Source: Acidobacteriota bacterium
GTDB taxonomy: Bacteria > Acidobacteriota > Thermoanaerobaculia > Multivoradales > Multivoraceae
Direction: 5' to 3'
Assembly (NCBI GenBank): GCA_011523565.1
Contig: WTGL01000159.1
Coordinates: 2,101-66,100, forward strand
DNA length: 64,000 nt
Part shown: positions 40,699-49,993 of the stretch, piece by piece
How the letters are laid out: every line of letters starts with the position of its first letter
Numbering within the stretch: the first letter of the stretch is position 1
Made by a program: the position numbers and the translations under genes
Notes under the pieces: model-generated
Databases searched by the model: none
The model's input: only the letters and a program-made list of their open reading frames with translations
Told to the model about the DNA's origin: nothing

Positions 40699-41703
40699 AT
40701 GAGCGACCGTATCTGGTATCTGGCCACCTCCGGCAAGCAGGAAGGCCCCTTTCTTGCCGGCGAGATCGTGGAGAGGATCCGCGCCGGCGGCGTTCCCCGA
40801 AGTGCGCACGTCTACCGAGAGGGCCTGGGCAACTGGGCGCCCGTGGTCAGCGAACCGCAGTTCGCGTCTGCCTTCGGCAGTTCCATACCACGACCGCCGG
40901 GAGGGATCGCAGACGAGATCGACTACGTCATCGTCGGCGAGGAGATGCAGTTCGTCGAGATCACCCTCGATCCGGGTGAGGCGTGCGTCGCGGAGGCCGG
41001 GTCGTTCATGTACATGGATCCCGGCATCGAGATGAACACGATCTTCGGCGACGGCTCCGAGCGAGGCGGCGGCGGCTTCATGGACAAGTTGCTTTCGGCC
41101 GGCAAGCGGGTCCTGACCGGCGAATCCTTGTTCATGACGGTGTTCGGAAACAGTGCCGGAGCCCGCCGCAACGTCGCCTTCGCGTCGCCGTATCCGGGGC
41201 GGATCATCCCCCTCGATCTGACCTCCCACGACAACCGCATCCTGTGCCAGAAGGACGCGTTCCTGTGCGCCGCCAAGGGTGTTTCGGTGGGCATCGCGTT
41301 CCAGCGCAAGCTGGGGGCCGGCCTGTTCGGCGGCGAGGGTTTCATCCTGCAGAAGCTCGAGGGAGACGGCCTGGCCTTCGTTCATGCGGGCGGTACGGTC
41401 GTCGAACGCGACCTCGCAGCCGGCGAGACGTTGCGGCTCGATACCGGCTGTCTGGTCGCGTTCGAACAGCAGGTCGATTACGACATCCAGATGGTGAGCG
41501 GAATCAAGACGGCGCTGTTCGGTGGCGAGGGGCTCTTCTTCGCCAGCCTGACCGGACCGGGAAAGGTGTGGATTCAGTCGCTTCCGTTCAGCCGCCTCGC
41601 GAGCCGGGTGTTCGCTGCCGCCCCTCAGGGCGGGGGCGCGAGCAAGGGCGAAGGCTCGGTGCTCGGTGGCCTGGGAGGCCTGGTGATGGGCGACCGGCGT
41701 TAG
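40699..41703 (+). CDS. AIM24/TIGR00266 (DUF124) family protein with N-terminal DUF4339 (GYF-like) domain
   Basis: N-terminus [14 protein letters not shown]...GLGNWAPV. Repeated GGEG beta-helix motifs. Confidence 0.7.
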   Translation: MSDRIWYLATSGKQEGPFLAGEIVERIRAGGVPRSAHVYREGLGNWAPVVSEPQFASAFGSSIPRPPGGIADEIDYVIVGEEMQFVEITLDPGEACVAEAGSFMYMDPGIEMNTIFGDGSERGGGGFMDKLLSAGKRVLTGESLFMTVFGNSAGARRNVAFASPYPGRIIPLDLTSHDNRILCQKDAFLCAAKGVSVGIAFQRKLGAGLFGGEGFILQKLEGDGLAFVHAGGTVVERDLAAGETLRLDTGCLVAFEQQVDYDIQMVSGIKTALFGGEGLFFASLTGPGKVWIQSLPFSRLASRVFAAAPQGGGASKGEGSVLGGLGGLVMGDRR

Positions 41704-41715
41704 CGCCGGAAGCGC

Positions 41716-41988
41716 TCAGGTCGCTACGGTCTCGATCTTCAGCATTCGCGCCCAGGCGGCGCGCAGGCTGTCGGGCAGATCCAGGTCGTCGAACAGATCC
41801 CGGACCTCGTCCCGCGAAACGTAGTCCCAGATGTCCTCCCACTGGGCGTAGCGGAGCATGCACGAGACCGCGTAGCACCGTTCTTCTCTGTCTTCACCGC
41901 CCAGCATTGCGTTCAGCTCCCCGGCAGTCACGCGCCGCTCCGGAAAGAAGTAGAGGGGCTGGTCTCGGTTCTGGGAGCTGGTGGCCAT
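41716..41988 (-). CDS. hypothetical small protein
   Basis: ~90 aa from the internal ATG. Nothing recognisable. Confidence 0.35.
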   Translation of the reverse strand: MATSSQNRDQPLYFFPERRVTAGELNAMLGGEDREERCYAVSCMLRYAQWEDIWDYVSRDEVRDLFDDLDLPDSLRAAWARMLKIETVAT

Positions 41989-42184
41989 CAAGGAATCGGA
42001 CAAAGGCGCGAAAGTGGACGGCGAAGCATCATAGCGTCTTCGCTGTAGTTGTTCAGACGGAGTTGAGTCGCGCGAAGCACTCGTCTTTGACCGGCATGAA
42101 CCCGGAGTGCTACTGTCACACAATTCTCACACAATTCTCTCGCAATTGTCTCACGTCTCAGCGCGGGCCGAAAGGGGATTGGAC

Positions 42185-42919
42185 ATGGCTGAATCGACCA
42201 CTACGAACCCCGCTACCAAGTCGGGAGGGTTGGCCCTGATCATCGGAGTCGTCCTGCTGGTGCTCGCATCGCTCCTCCTTCCCGGGGGCGTACTGCTGGA
42301 CACGGTGGACCAAACCGACTTCGCGCTGGTCCTCGAGGCAATGGCCGAGAATGCCAGCCTTGCGCATCTTGCGTCCATGCTGTCGATCATCGGGATGTTC
42401 CTCTACATGTACGCCGGCCTCACCTGGCTCCGCCTACCCCAACAGACGGAACTCGGCGGTTCCATGCTGCGGCTGGGGGTGTTCGCAAGCCTGTTTGGAT
42501 GGAGCCTCTACGTCATTGCGATGGGTATGAGGCACTTCAGCGTCCACCTGATGCAGCGCGGCATGCAATCCGGCGCTGATCAGGCCATGTTCGAGTCCCT
42601 TGCCCTCAGCGTCTACACACCGATGGCCGGCATCGTCATCGCGCTGGTCGGCGTCTATCCTCTCGCGTCCATTCTGGTCGGCATCGGCCTTTCGTCCCGC
42701 TTCGGTTCACTGAACGTCTTCAAACTGGCCTCCTACGGACTTGTCCTCATCGGGATCCTGGCGGTCGTCAACTTCCTTGTCCTGCAGCACGTCCCAGGGG
42801 TCGATCCCGCGGTGCTACTCACGAACGACAACGCCATGCAGGCGTTGGGTTCGCTCTGCTTCGTCATCATCGGGCTGGGGATGTACCGGGGCAGGAGCGA
42901 ACTCTCCTCAGAGGGCTAG
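42185..42919 (+). CDS. hypothetical polytopic membrane protein
   Basis: About 6 predicted TM helices. Nothing recognisable. Confidence 0.5.
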   Translation: MAESTTTNPATKSGGLALIIGVVLLVLASLLLPGGVLLDTVDQTDFALVLEAMAENASLAHLASMLSIIGMFLYMYAGLTWLRLPQQTELGGSMLRLGVFASLFGWSLYVIAMGMRHFSVHLMQRGMQSGADQAMFESLALSVYTPMAGIVIALVGVYPLASILVGIGLSSRFGSLNVFKLASYGLVLIGILAVVNFLVLQHVPGVDPAVLLTNDNAMQALGSLCFVIIGLGMYRGRSELSSEG

Positions 42920-43086
42920 GAGCCTGCGTCGCGCAACGTAGCGACCGGGTGTCTGCGGCGCAGGGTCCTGGTGAGGTGGGGGCGACTGGGGCCAAACAGC
43001 GAGCCTGCGAGCGGTTTGGCGGCTCTAGCGCGCCCTCTTGACCGCCCGCGAGTGGCTGGGTTACCTTGGCCGTCCGGGCGGCGCGT

Positions 43087-43162
43087 GCGGGCATAACTCA
43101 GTTGGTAGAGTGCCAGCTTCCCAAGCTGGATGTCGCGGGTTCGAGTCCCGTTGCCCGCTCCA
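43087..43162 (+). tRNA. tRNA-Gly (anticodon CCC), CCA encoded
   Basis: Acceptor GCGGGCA/TGCCCGC, anticodon loop TTCCCAA. Confidence 0.85.
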
Positions 43163-43215
43163 GTTGCCCGTCCGGATGACCCCGTCCTGCTGAGTTCGGT
43201 ACTGGAGAGAGGTAG

Positions 43216-43683
43216 ATGGCGTTCTTCAAGAAGGATCTCGACGAGCCGGCGGCTGAGGCCGCCCTGACGCCCCCGGGGAAGGTGAGGTCGACATCGGCCG
43301 CGCCGGCCCGTACGTACGTGGCGGCCGGCTCTCGCATCGAAGGCACCATCTCCGGCGAAACGGAGGTCCTGGTTGACGGCTCCCTGGATGGGTCCGTGCA
43401 GCTCGACGGGCGATTCGTTCTCGGTCGCAGAGGCCGCATCCAGGGCAACGTAACGGCCCACTCGGTGCAGGTTTCCGGCAAGGTGAAGGGCAATGTCCGG
43501 GCGACGGAGAAGATCGAGGTGGCGACCTCCGGATCGATCGAGGGCGATCTGGCGGCGCCCCTGGTCTCGATCGCCGAAGGAGGTGTCTGCAACGGCCGGA
43601 TCGAGATGAGCGGCACGCTGGCGATCGGCTCCCCTTCCGGTTCGCGCTTCGGAGGTGAAGTCGCCGAGACGGGCGGCTCCTAG
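43216..43683 (+). CDS. bactofilin (polymer-forming cytoskeletal protein, DUF583)
   Basis: Repeated beta-helical GxVxG motifs (IEGTISGETEVLVDGSLDGSVQ...). Confidence 0.75.
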   Translation: MAFFKKDLDEPAAEAALTPPGKVRSTSAAPARTYVAAGSRIEGTISGETEVLVDGSLDGSVQLDGRFVLGRRGRIQGNVTAHSVQVSGKVKGNVRATEKIEVATSGSIEGDLAAPLVSIAEGGVCNGRIEMSGTLAIGSPSGSRFGGEVAETGGS

Positions 43684-44711
43684 CGCCCGGTTTCGTCGGT
43701 GGGGAGGCTCGACGCCAGGTCGCAGGCGGTACAGAGCGCCCGTAGATCGCCCGGCGCCGGTGCGGTGGAGCTGACCGGAGGCGCGCCGGCGATCGAGGGG
43801 AGCGTCAGCTTCCTGGCGTGCAACGCTGGGCGTGGGAATTCCCGCAGGGGTCGTCGCAGGGCCGGCGCCAGACCGCGCCAGCGATCTTCGCCGTAGGCCG
43901 GATCGCCGGCCAGCGGGTGGCCGATCGCTTTGCAGTGCACGCGGATCTGGTGAGTTCTCCCGGTGAGGAGTTCGACTTCCAGCAGCGAGATGCCGGCGGC
44001 GGTCCCGAGTACGCGGTAGCGGGTCGTTGCGGGTCGGCCGCCCCGGGCTTCGGGCACGACGGCCATGCGGGTGCGGACCGTCGGGTGGCGGCCGATGGGT
44101 AGCTCGACTGTTCCATTGGGGGGATCCGGTCGACCGTAGACGACCGCCAGGTAGATCTTGTCCACCTCCCGCTCGGCGAATGCCTGGCTCAGCCTCCGGT
44201 ACGCCGCGTCGGTGCGGGCGATGGCAAGGACACCACTCGTACCCCGATCCAGCCGGTGGACGATGCCGGGCCGCTCTGGCGATCCGACGCTCGCGATCTC
44301 AGGGTAGTGGTGGAGAAGGCGATTCACGAGCGTGCCGCTACGGACACCGGAGCCGGGATGCACGATCAGCCCCGCCGGCTTGTCGATCACCAAGAGGTGT
44401 TCATCCTGGTGAAGCACTCGGATCGGCTCGGCCTCGGGTTGGAGAACCGTGGGGGTAGGGGCTGGAACCTCGTAGTCGATCCGCTCGTCGCCGCGCAGCA
44501 GGTAGGAGGGCTTGGCCGCCGTTCCGTTTACGGTCGCGAAACCGTTGCGCAGCAGGCTCTGAACCTGGTTGCGGGTCAGATCCAGCGTCTTCGCCAGATA
44601 GCGGTCGATCCGCTCGCCCGTCGCGGACGCCGGCGCCCTGAAGTGGCGTCGCGAAGTGCCGGATTTGTGAGCGTCCCGGGATCGCGGCGTGCCGCGGTCG
44701 ATCGAGTTCAC
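43680..44711 (-). CDS. RluA-family 23S rRNA pseudouridine synthase (RluD-like)
   Basis: S4 domain plus HRLDRGTSGVL catalytic motif. Confidence 0.8.
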   Translation of the reverse strand: MNSIDRGTPRSRDAHKSGTSRRHFRAPASATGERIDRYLAKTLDLTRNQVQSLLRNGFATVNGTAAKPSYLLRGDERIDYEVPAPTPTVLQPEAEPIRVLHQDEHLLVIDKPAGLIVHPGSGVRSGTLVNRLLHHYPEIASVGSPERPGIVHRLDRGTSGVLAIARTDAAYRRLSQAFAEREVDKIYLAVVYGRPDPPNGTVELPIGRHPTVRTRMAVVPEARGGRPATTRYRVLGTAAGISLLEVELLTGRTHQIRVHCKAIGHPLAGDPAYGEDRWRGLAPALRRPLREFPRPALHARKLTLPSIAGAPPVSSTAPAPGDLRALCTACDLASSLPTDETGR

Positions 44712-45238
44712 TTCGACGTGCGGGCCTGGGCCAAGCCGTGGCGCCGCGCTCGTCCCGCGCTCGACCGCCGCCGTACCTGCGGCCCGAAGCTGTGCGCCAG
44801 CATCAGCACGATGCCAACGGTGACTCCGCTGTCAGCGACATTGAAGGCCGGCCAGTGGTAGGTGCCGGCGTAGACATCCAGGAAGTCGGTTACGGCGCGC
44901 AAGAGAATCCGGTCGGCCAGGTTGCCGACGGCCCCGCCGAGTACCAGGGCGAGGGAGAGCAGGAGGAGGGGCTCGCGTTCGGATGTACTGCGGAAGTACA
45001 GCGAGACGACGATCAGCGCGGCGAACCCGAGGGCAGTAAGCAGCAACGTGCCCGCGAACTCACGGTCGGCCGGAAACAGCCCGAAGGCAATGCCCGTGTT
45101 CTGTACGTGAACCAGATTGAAGATGCCCGGCAGAACGGGCAGCCGTTCGTGGACTTCGAGGCTGGCTTCGATCCACAGCTTGGTCCACTGATCGAGCGCC
45201 AGCACGAAGGCGGAGACGACGAGGAATCTCGCTTTCAC
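44708..45238 (-). CDS. lspA: lipoprotein signal peptidase II
   Basis: LspA family (FNLVHVQNTGIAFG). Confidence 0.9.
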   Translation of the reverse strand: MKARFLVVSAFVLALDQWTKLWIEASLEVHERLPVLPGIFNLVHVQNTGIAFGLFPADREFAGTLLLTALGFAALIVVSLYFRSTSEREPLLLLSLALVLGGAVGNLADRILLRAVTDFLDVYAGTYHWPAFNVADSGVTVGIVLMLAHSFGPQVRRRSSAGRARRHGLAQARTSK

Positions 45239-45864
45239 GGGAGTCGGAGCGTACCAGCAGCCAGTGCCCAGGCCGCGGCGAGAGCGGCCGCCGTATCGGG
45301 TTCGGCAAAGGCGCGGATCGCGGCGACGCCATGCGCGCCGGCGCGGGCCAGATCGGGTGTGTTGGAGGGATCGACGCCGCCGACCGCAAGGATCGGGAGG
45401 GGGCCCTGCGCGGCCCGCTTCAGGCGTTCGATGCCTTGGGGCGCGCCAAACCGGAGCTTCTCGGGTGAGGCGAAAACAGGGCCGAAGAGGGCGTAGTCGG
45501 CATCGGCAACGGCGGCATCTTCGAGTTCGCGCCGGTTATGCGTCGAAACGCCGAGCAGCAGGCCCCGGTCCTGGATCGCCGGGGCGGCTTCGGTCCACGG
45601 CTGGTCCGACCCCAGGTGGACGCCGTCGGCCCGGCAGTCGACTGCCACGTTGAGGCTGCCGTTGACGATGAGAAGGCCGGAAACCGCCTCTCGGAGGGTG
45701 CGGCCAATCTCCGTCAGTGCAGTGGAATCGAGGTCTTTCTCGCGGAGCTGAACGGCGGTTCCGGCCGGCAGCGAGCGGGCCCAGTGTTCCAATCCGGATG
45801 CTCCGCCGCAGAGGCGCCGGTCGCTGATGGCGAGCAGCGTGGGGACGTTGGGCTTTCGCCTCAT
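45235..45864 (-). CDS. thiE: thiamine-phosphate synthase
   Basis: ThiE TIM-barrel motifs. Confidence 0.85.
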   Translation of the reverse strand: MRRKPNVPTLLAISDRRLCGGASGLEHWARSLPAGTAVQLREKDLDSTALTEIGRTLREAVSGLLIVNGSLNVAVDCRADGVHLGSDQPWTEAAPAIQDRGLLLGVSTHNRRELEDAAVADADYALFGPVFASPEKLRFGAPQGIERLKRAAQGPLPILAVGGVDPSNTPDLARAGAHGVAAIRAFAEPDTAAALAAAWALAAGTLRLP

Positions 45865-46163
45865 CCAGCTCGATCAGGTTCCGGAATCGCCGCTTTCGGG
45901 TCCGTTCGACGCCTGCTGAGGAGGATGCGTTCAAGGTCGTGAATGCCCCAGATGAGATGAACGAACCCGAACCCGGTGACCGCGCCGCGGACCCACGGCA
46001 GCATGAGGAAGGCGCCGAGATGCGCCTGCGATAGCGCCGACCTGGTCACCAGGACGTTCCAGAACTCTCGCCATGGAGCGATGACCAGGAAGAGTCCGGC
46101 CTCCACGCAATAGATCACGAAGAGAACGCGGAGCAGGCTGGACCAGGCTACACCCCAGCGCAT
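45861..46163 (-). CDS. hypothetical small membrane protein
   Basis: 100 aa with 2-3 TM helices. Confidence 0.45.
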   Translation of the reverse strand: MRWGVAWSSLLRVLFVIYCVEAGLFLVIAPWREFWNVLVTRSALSQAHLGAFLMLPWVRGAVTGFGFVHLIWGIHDLERILLSRRRTDPKAAIPEPDRAG

Positions 46164-46241
46164 GAGTGCATTCTAGGACTCAGCGCCCGGAATCTGCACG
46201 AGAGGGTCGATTTCGGGCGGTGAATCCTGGGGAGATGAGTC

Positions 46242-48551
46242 CTAGGGAGGAGTGCGGCCTCTGTCGCTGGGGGGCGGCGCCGACGGCGACGAGGATCTGG
46301 GCGGAGGGGAGTAGCTGGAAGGCCTCGAGGGCGGTGTGTAGCTGCGGGACGGCGGCGACGAGCGTGGCGACGAAGCGCGTGGCGTCGACCGCGTCCGGGT
46401 GGGGGGCGTGGAGCGTGTGCGCGTGGGTGTCGACCTCGGCGTGGAAGCCCTCGGTGGCGTGGAGCGCGTGCGAGTGGGCGTCGACTTCGGCGTGGACGCC
46501 CTCGGTGGCGTGGAGCGTGTGCGCGTGGGTGTCGACCTCGGCGTGGACGCCCTCGGTGGCGTGGAGCGCGTGCGAGTGGGCGTCGACTTCGGCGTGGAAG
46601 CCCTCGGTGGCGTGGAGCGCGTGCGAGTGGGCGTCGATCTCGGCGTGGAAGCCCTCGGCGGGGTCGAGCGGGTCCGGGTGGGTGTCGACTTGGGCGCGGA
46701 TGTCCGTGTCGGCACGGAACGGGTTCGGCTAGGTGTTGCCGTTCGCGGCGCGTTGACTCGTTCGGGCCGTCTCGATGGAGGATTCGCCGTGCGAGGGGCC
46801 GCCGGCACCGCGTCCCGGCCGCGGATCGCGTCGAGCACGCGGCGGGCGGGCGTCGGTCTCCGGGTGCGGTCGAGCACGTTTCCGCTCGCCCTCGGAGCCG
46901 CCACACGAGCCGGCGCCTTGTCGTCTGCGCCCTCGGAGTCTCGGGCGGTCGTCGTTGACGTTGGGGCCGCCGTCAGACCTCCGGAACTGACGCGTACGGC
47001 CTTCGGGGCTTCGGTTCGCCGAGCGTCGTCGAGGGACCTCCGCCGAAGCGTGACGCCCGTACCGGACTCCGTACCGGCGCCCGCTGTCGGCGAGTTGGAG
47101 CGCGTCCGGACGCCGCCGGCCGTTACGCCAACCAGACCGGATCGGCCGGCTACGGGGGGACCGCCCACGACTCGCACCGTCCCTTGCTGGTCGGGTGTTC
47201 GCGTCAGCTTGGCCTTGAGAGTCTCGTTCAGGTCCGTCCTTCGCGCGACGAAATCCGTGACATCGGGGAGTTCGCTTTCGGAAAGGCCGCGGCGCTTGCC
47301 GAGGAGGACCTGCTGTACCGCCTCGGGATTCCGCCAGTTTCGGTAGTCGATGCCGTTCGTGTCCGTCGTGATGATGCCGCGTGCGAGCTTCGGATGACGC
47401 TGGCGCAGGGAGCGGCCGTAGGTGTAACCGCGGCCGTAGCCCAGGTAGCCTGACGGGCAGAAGATCCAGGTGTTGAAGGGATCCCAGAAGCCCCCTGCCC
47501 ATCCGTAGAGTCCCCAACGGAGGCCGAAGCCCCGGCCGAGGTAGTAGCGGTGGTAGTAGCCGCGGGGGATCCACCCCACATACGACGGCCCCCAGTACCA
47601 GTACACGTGGCTCGGAGCGTAGATGGAGCTTGGGAACCAGAGCCAACCGTAGCCGGGATACAGGTTCCAGCTGCCGTAGTGATAGGTGAGGGGACCCCAG
47701 GGGTCGCGCGCGACCCAGTACAGTCCGGCGGGGGTATGCGTCCAGCGGCCTCGACTGTAGGGCTGCCAATCGTCCTCAACCGCGGGCTTCCAGGCCCGGC
47801 CATCCTCAACCTCCACCCATTGGCCGTGGTCGGTCAGGCTGGACCCGTAGCCGTCGACATCGACGGCGGCGTATGCCGCAAGCCGGGTGCGGTGAGCCCC
47901 TACCCATTCATCCAGGGCCAGAGCGGCGGCGCCGGCGCCGCTCTGAAGTTCGATCCACGGGTCGTCCAGACCTTGCACCAGAAGGGCTTCGCCATCGCGG
48001 ACGATCACCGAACCGCGCTGGGTGACGACCTCCGCGAAGCCGTCCAGCACAGCGATTTCCGCCCAGCGGTCGCCGTCGCTTTCGACCTGGTAGCGGCCGC
48101 CCTGTTTGGCGTAGACCCGGGCGTTCGTCGTGTCGATTGCCGGCAGCTCCCAGTCCAGCAGGTTGTTCGGGACCTCGAGGCTCAACCGGCCCCGGTGCAG
48201 GACGTAGAGGGAGTCCATGTCGTCCGCGTCCGGTGAGCCGGCGATCTGGGCGAGAGTGACCTCGCTGTCGTGGTCGAGAGCGAGAATCGAGCGGTCCGAC
48301 ATCAGCACGGCCAGCCGGCCGTACGGATTGGTCCAGATTCGGTCTCCGCGCAGGACCGGAAGGTGAATCTCCAAGTCGCTCTGCGCTCCGGAACGTGCCG
48401 CGAACAGGGTCGCGTCTCCGTCCAACGCACCGACGAGGCTGTAGACGCCCTCGAGTTGTCCTTGTTCCTGGGGTGCCGTCTGAGCGTGGGTGGCGGTCGC
48501 CACCCCTGCCGCGAGGACGATCAGTAGGGCTTGCGGGAGGGTACGTCTCAT
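46242..48551 (-). CDS. secreted FecR-domain protein with aromatic-rich central region and R/S/T/P-rich tandem-repeat C-terminus
   Basis: Signal peptide MRRTLPQALLIVLAAGVATATHAQ. FecR-like segment. G/Y/W-rich stretch. About 6 copies of a 17-aa repeat TPTRTRSTPPRASTP[RK]S. Confidence 0.65.
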   Translation of the reverse strand: MRRTLPQALLIVLAAGVATATHAQTAPQEQGQLEGVYSLVGALDGDATLFAARSGAQSDLEIHLPVLRGDRIWTNPYGRLAVLMSDRSILALDHDSEVTLAQIAGSPDADDMDSLYVLHRGRLSLEVPNNLLDWELPAIDTTNARVYAKQGGRYQVESDGDRWAEIAVLDGFAEVVTQRGSVIVRDGEALLVQGLDDPWIELQSGAGAAALALDEWVGAHRTRLAAYAAVDVDGYGSSLTDHGQWVEVEDGRAWKPAVEDDWQPYSRGRWTHTPAGLYWVARDPWGPLTYHYGSWNLYPGYGWLWFPSSIYAPSHVYWYWGPSYVGWIPRGYYHRYYLGRGFGLRWGLYGWAGGFWDPFNTWIFCPSGYLGYGRGYTYGRSLRQRHPKLARGIITTDTNGIDYRNWRNPEAVQQVLLGKRRGLSESELPDVTDFVARRTDLNETLKAKLTRTPDQQGTVRVVGGPPVAGRSGLVGVTAGGVRTRSNSPTAGAGTESGTGVTLRRRSLDDARRTEAPKAVRVSSGGLTAAPTSTTTARDSEGADDKAPARVAAPRASGNVLDRTRRPTPARRVLDAIRGRDAVPAAPRTANPPSRRPERVNAPRTATPSRTRSVPTRTSAPKSTPTRTRSTPPRASTPRSTPTRTRSTPPRASTPKSTPTRTRSTPPRASTPRSTPTRTRSTPPRASTPKSTPTRTRSTPPRASTPRSTPTRTRSTPPTRTRSTPRASSPRSSPPSRSYTPPSRPSSYSPPPRSSSPSAPPPSDRGRTPP
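46405..46700. repeat. 51-nt tandem repeat (~5.7 copies) inside the FecR-domain gene
   Basis: Unit GGCGTGGAGCGYGTGCGMGTGGGYGTCGACYTCGGCGTGGAMGCCCTCGGT is visible directly in the sequence. It also produces spurious plus-strand ORFs. Confidence 0.8.
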
Positions 48552-48760
48552 CTCTCTACCTCCAACGGACTCGGAGTCTGCACGCTACCACCGGGAGTCG
48601 AGCAAACCGCGTGCCAGATCCGCGGAGACGTCGGAGCGTGTCGACCTCGGAGGAACCGTAGCGGGAACGGCACAGTGGTGTCTACTCGCGGGGACGGTGG
48701 CGTCATCAGGCGTCTGCCTTCCCGTATGATCGGCGCGGCTCCACGCCGCGTAGGGAGTGC

Positions 48761-49291
48761 ATGTCCGTTCTTCCGATCCGTCTCTACCCGGACCCCGTGC
48801 TGCGGGTGCAGTGCGCGCCTGTCGAGGACTTCGACTCCGATCTCGCGCGTCTGGTCGCGGACATGGTCGAGACGATGCACGAGGCGCCCGGCGTGGGACT
48901 TGCCGCGCCCCAGGTCGGTGTTGAACTGCGGGTAGCGGTAGTCGATGCGACCGCCGGAATGGACCCTGACGCGGTGCGGGTTCTGGTGAATCCGCGAGTC
49001 GTCGATTCGGCTGGCGTGGACACGGATACGGAAGGCTGTCTGTCGATTCCCGATTTCACGGAGAAGGTCACCCGGCCGGCCACGGTTCGCGTCGCAGCCA
49101 CCAACCTGGAGGGCGCTCCCTTCCAGATGGAGGCCGAGGAACTCGAGGCGCGGGCCATTCAGCACGAGTTGGACCACCTGGACGGCGTGCTGTTCGTCGA
49201 TCGGTTGCGTGGGCTGCGAAGACAGCGGGCCAGGAGCTTCCTTCGTCGCCTGCGGGCCGGCGAAGCGGTCCATGCTGGCGGTGGCCTCTGA
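48761..49291 (+). CDS. def: peptide deformylase
   Basis: GVGLAAPQ, EGCLS and HELDHL motifs. Confidence 0.95.
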   Translation: MSVLPIRLYPDPVLRVQCAPVEDFDSDLARLVADMVETMHEAPGVGLAAPQVGVELRVAVVDATAGMDPDAVRVLVNPRVVDSAGVDTDTEGCLSIPDFTEKVTRPATVRVAATNLEGAPFQMEAEELEARAIQHELDHLDGVLFVDRLRGLRRQRARSFLRRLRAGEAVHAGGGL

Positions 49292-49320
49292 GCGCTCGGG
49301 CGGGAGGGGCGCCCATTCGG

Positions 49321-49830
49321 CTGCCGCTACTGCGGGCGGCCGTTCTGGTGGCGCTGGGCCTGGCAGCTTGCGACAGTGGGGGCGGAAGCCCGACGGCGCC
49401 GGGCTCTCGGGCGCCGCGGGGTATCAGCTTCCTGGCGGGGCAGGTCGGGGACGAGTCGATCGGCCTGCGCGGCACGGCGCTGGGGGCGACGCTCGAGCTC
49501 GAGATCTACGCCGCCGGCGTCCAGGATCTATACGGCCTGGGCTTTGAACTCCTGTTCCCCGCCAACCTGCTGCGCTACGAGGGGGTGGACGACAGCGTGT
49601 TCCCGAGCCTCGAGGCCCGGGAATCCGCGCCGGGCCGGCTTGTCGTCGGCGCAACCCATCTCGGTTCGGTCGCAGGTCTCGACGGCGGCGGTTCGGTGGC
49701 CATCGTCCGCTTCACGGCATTCGCCAACGGCAGCGGAAGCCTGGACTTCAGCGCCCAGGAGGCCTTTGACAGGTTCGGCGATCGTCTCGCCCTGAATTGG
49801 GTGGGGGGTTCGGTCCAAGTGGACCTCTGA
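49321..49830 (+). CDS. cohesin-like domain lipoprotein (apparent CTG or ATT start)
   Basis: Signal peptide RLPLLRAAVLVALGLAAC is encoded upstream of the first GTG at 49348. CTG at 49321 and ATT at 49315 are the only candidate starts. Confidence 0.5.
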   Translation: MPLLRAAVLVALGLAACDSGGGSPTAPGSRAPRGISFLAGQVGDESIGLRGTALGATLELEIYAAGVQDLYGLGFELLFPANLLRYEGVDDSVFPSLEARESAPGRLVVGATHLGSVAGLDGGGSVAIVRFTAFANGSGSLDFSAQEAFDRFGDRLALNWVGGSVQVDL

Positions 49831-49993
49831 CGCTGTCCGCTCGCTCGGAGTGTTGGCGGCGGCTGGACCGCTCCGGTGGCCGTTGCTACTGTCGCCCGTG
49901 CCACCCACTCGCCCGATGGCGGGCCCGTGGAACGGGTCGCGTGCGTGGCGCGAATCGCGCCATCCCGGGTTCAAGTCGGCTTGGAGTCGTTCG

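Noticed and set aside
46166-47346. Plus-strand ORFs (46166-46732, 46399-47346) with repetitive translation; possible CRISPR-like array
   Set aside because: The periodicity is a 51-nt in-frame tandem repeat inside the minus-strand FecR-domain gene. There are no spacer-like unique segments and no cas genes, so this is not CRISPR.
48552-48760. Possible TPP riboswitch upstream of the operon containing thiE
   Set aside because: I read the reverse complement of the 5' region and found none of the conserved THI-box elements (CUGAGA, ACCUGAUCUGGAUAAUGCCAGCG-like). Also, thiE is the fourth gene on this strand rather than the leader-proximal one.
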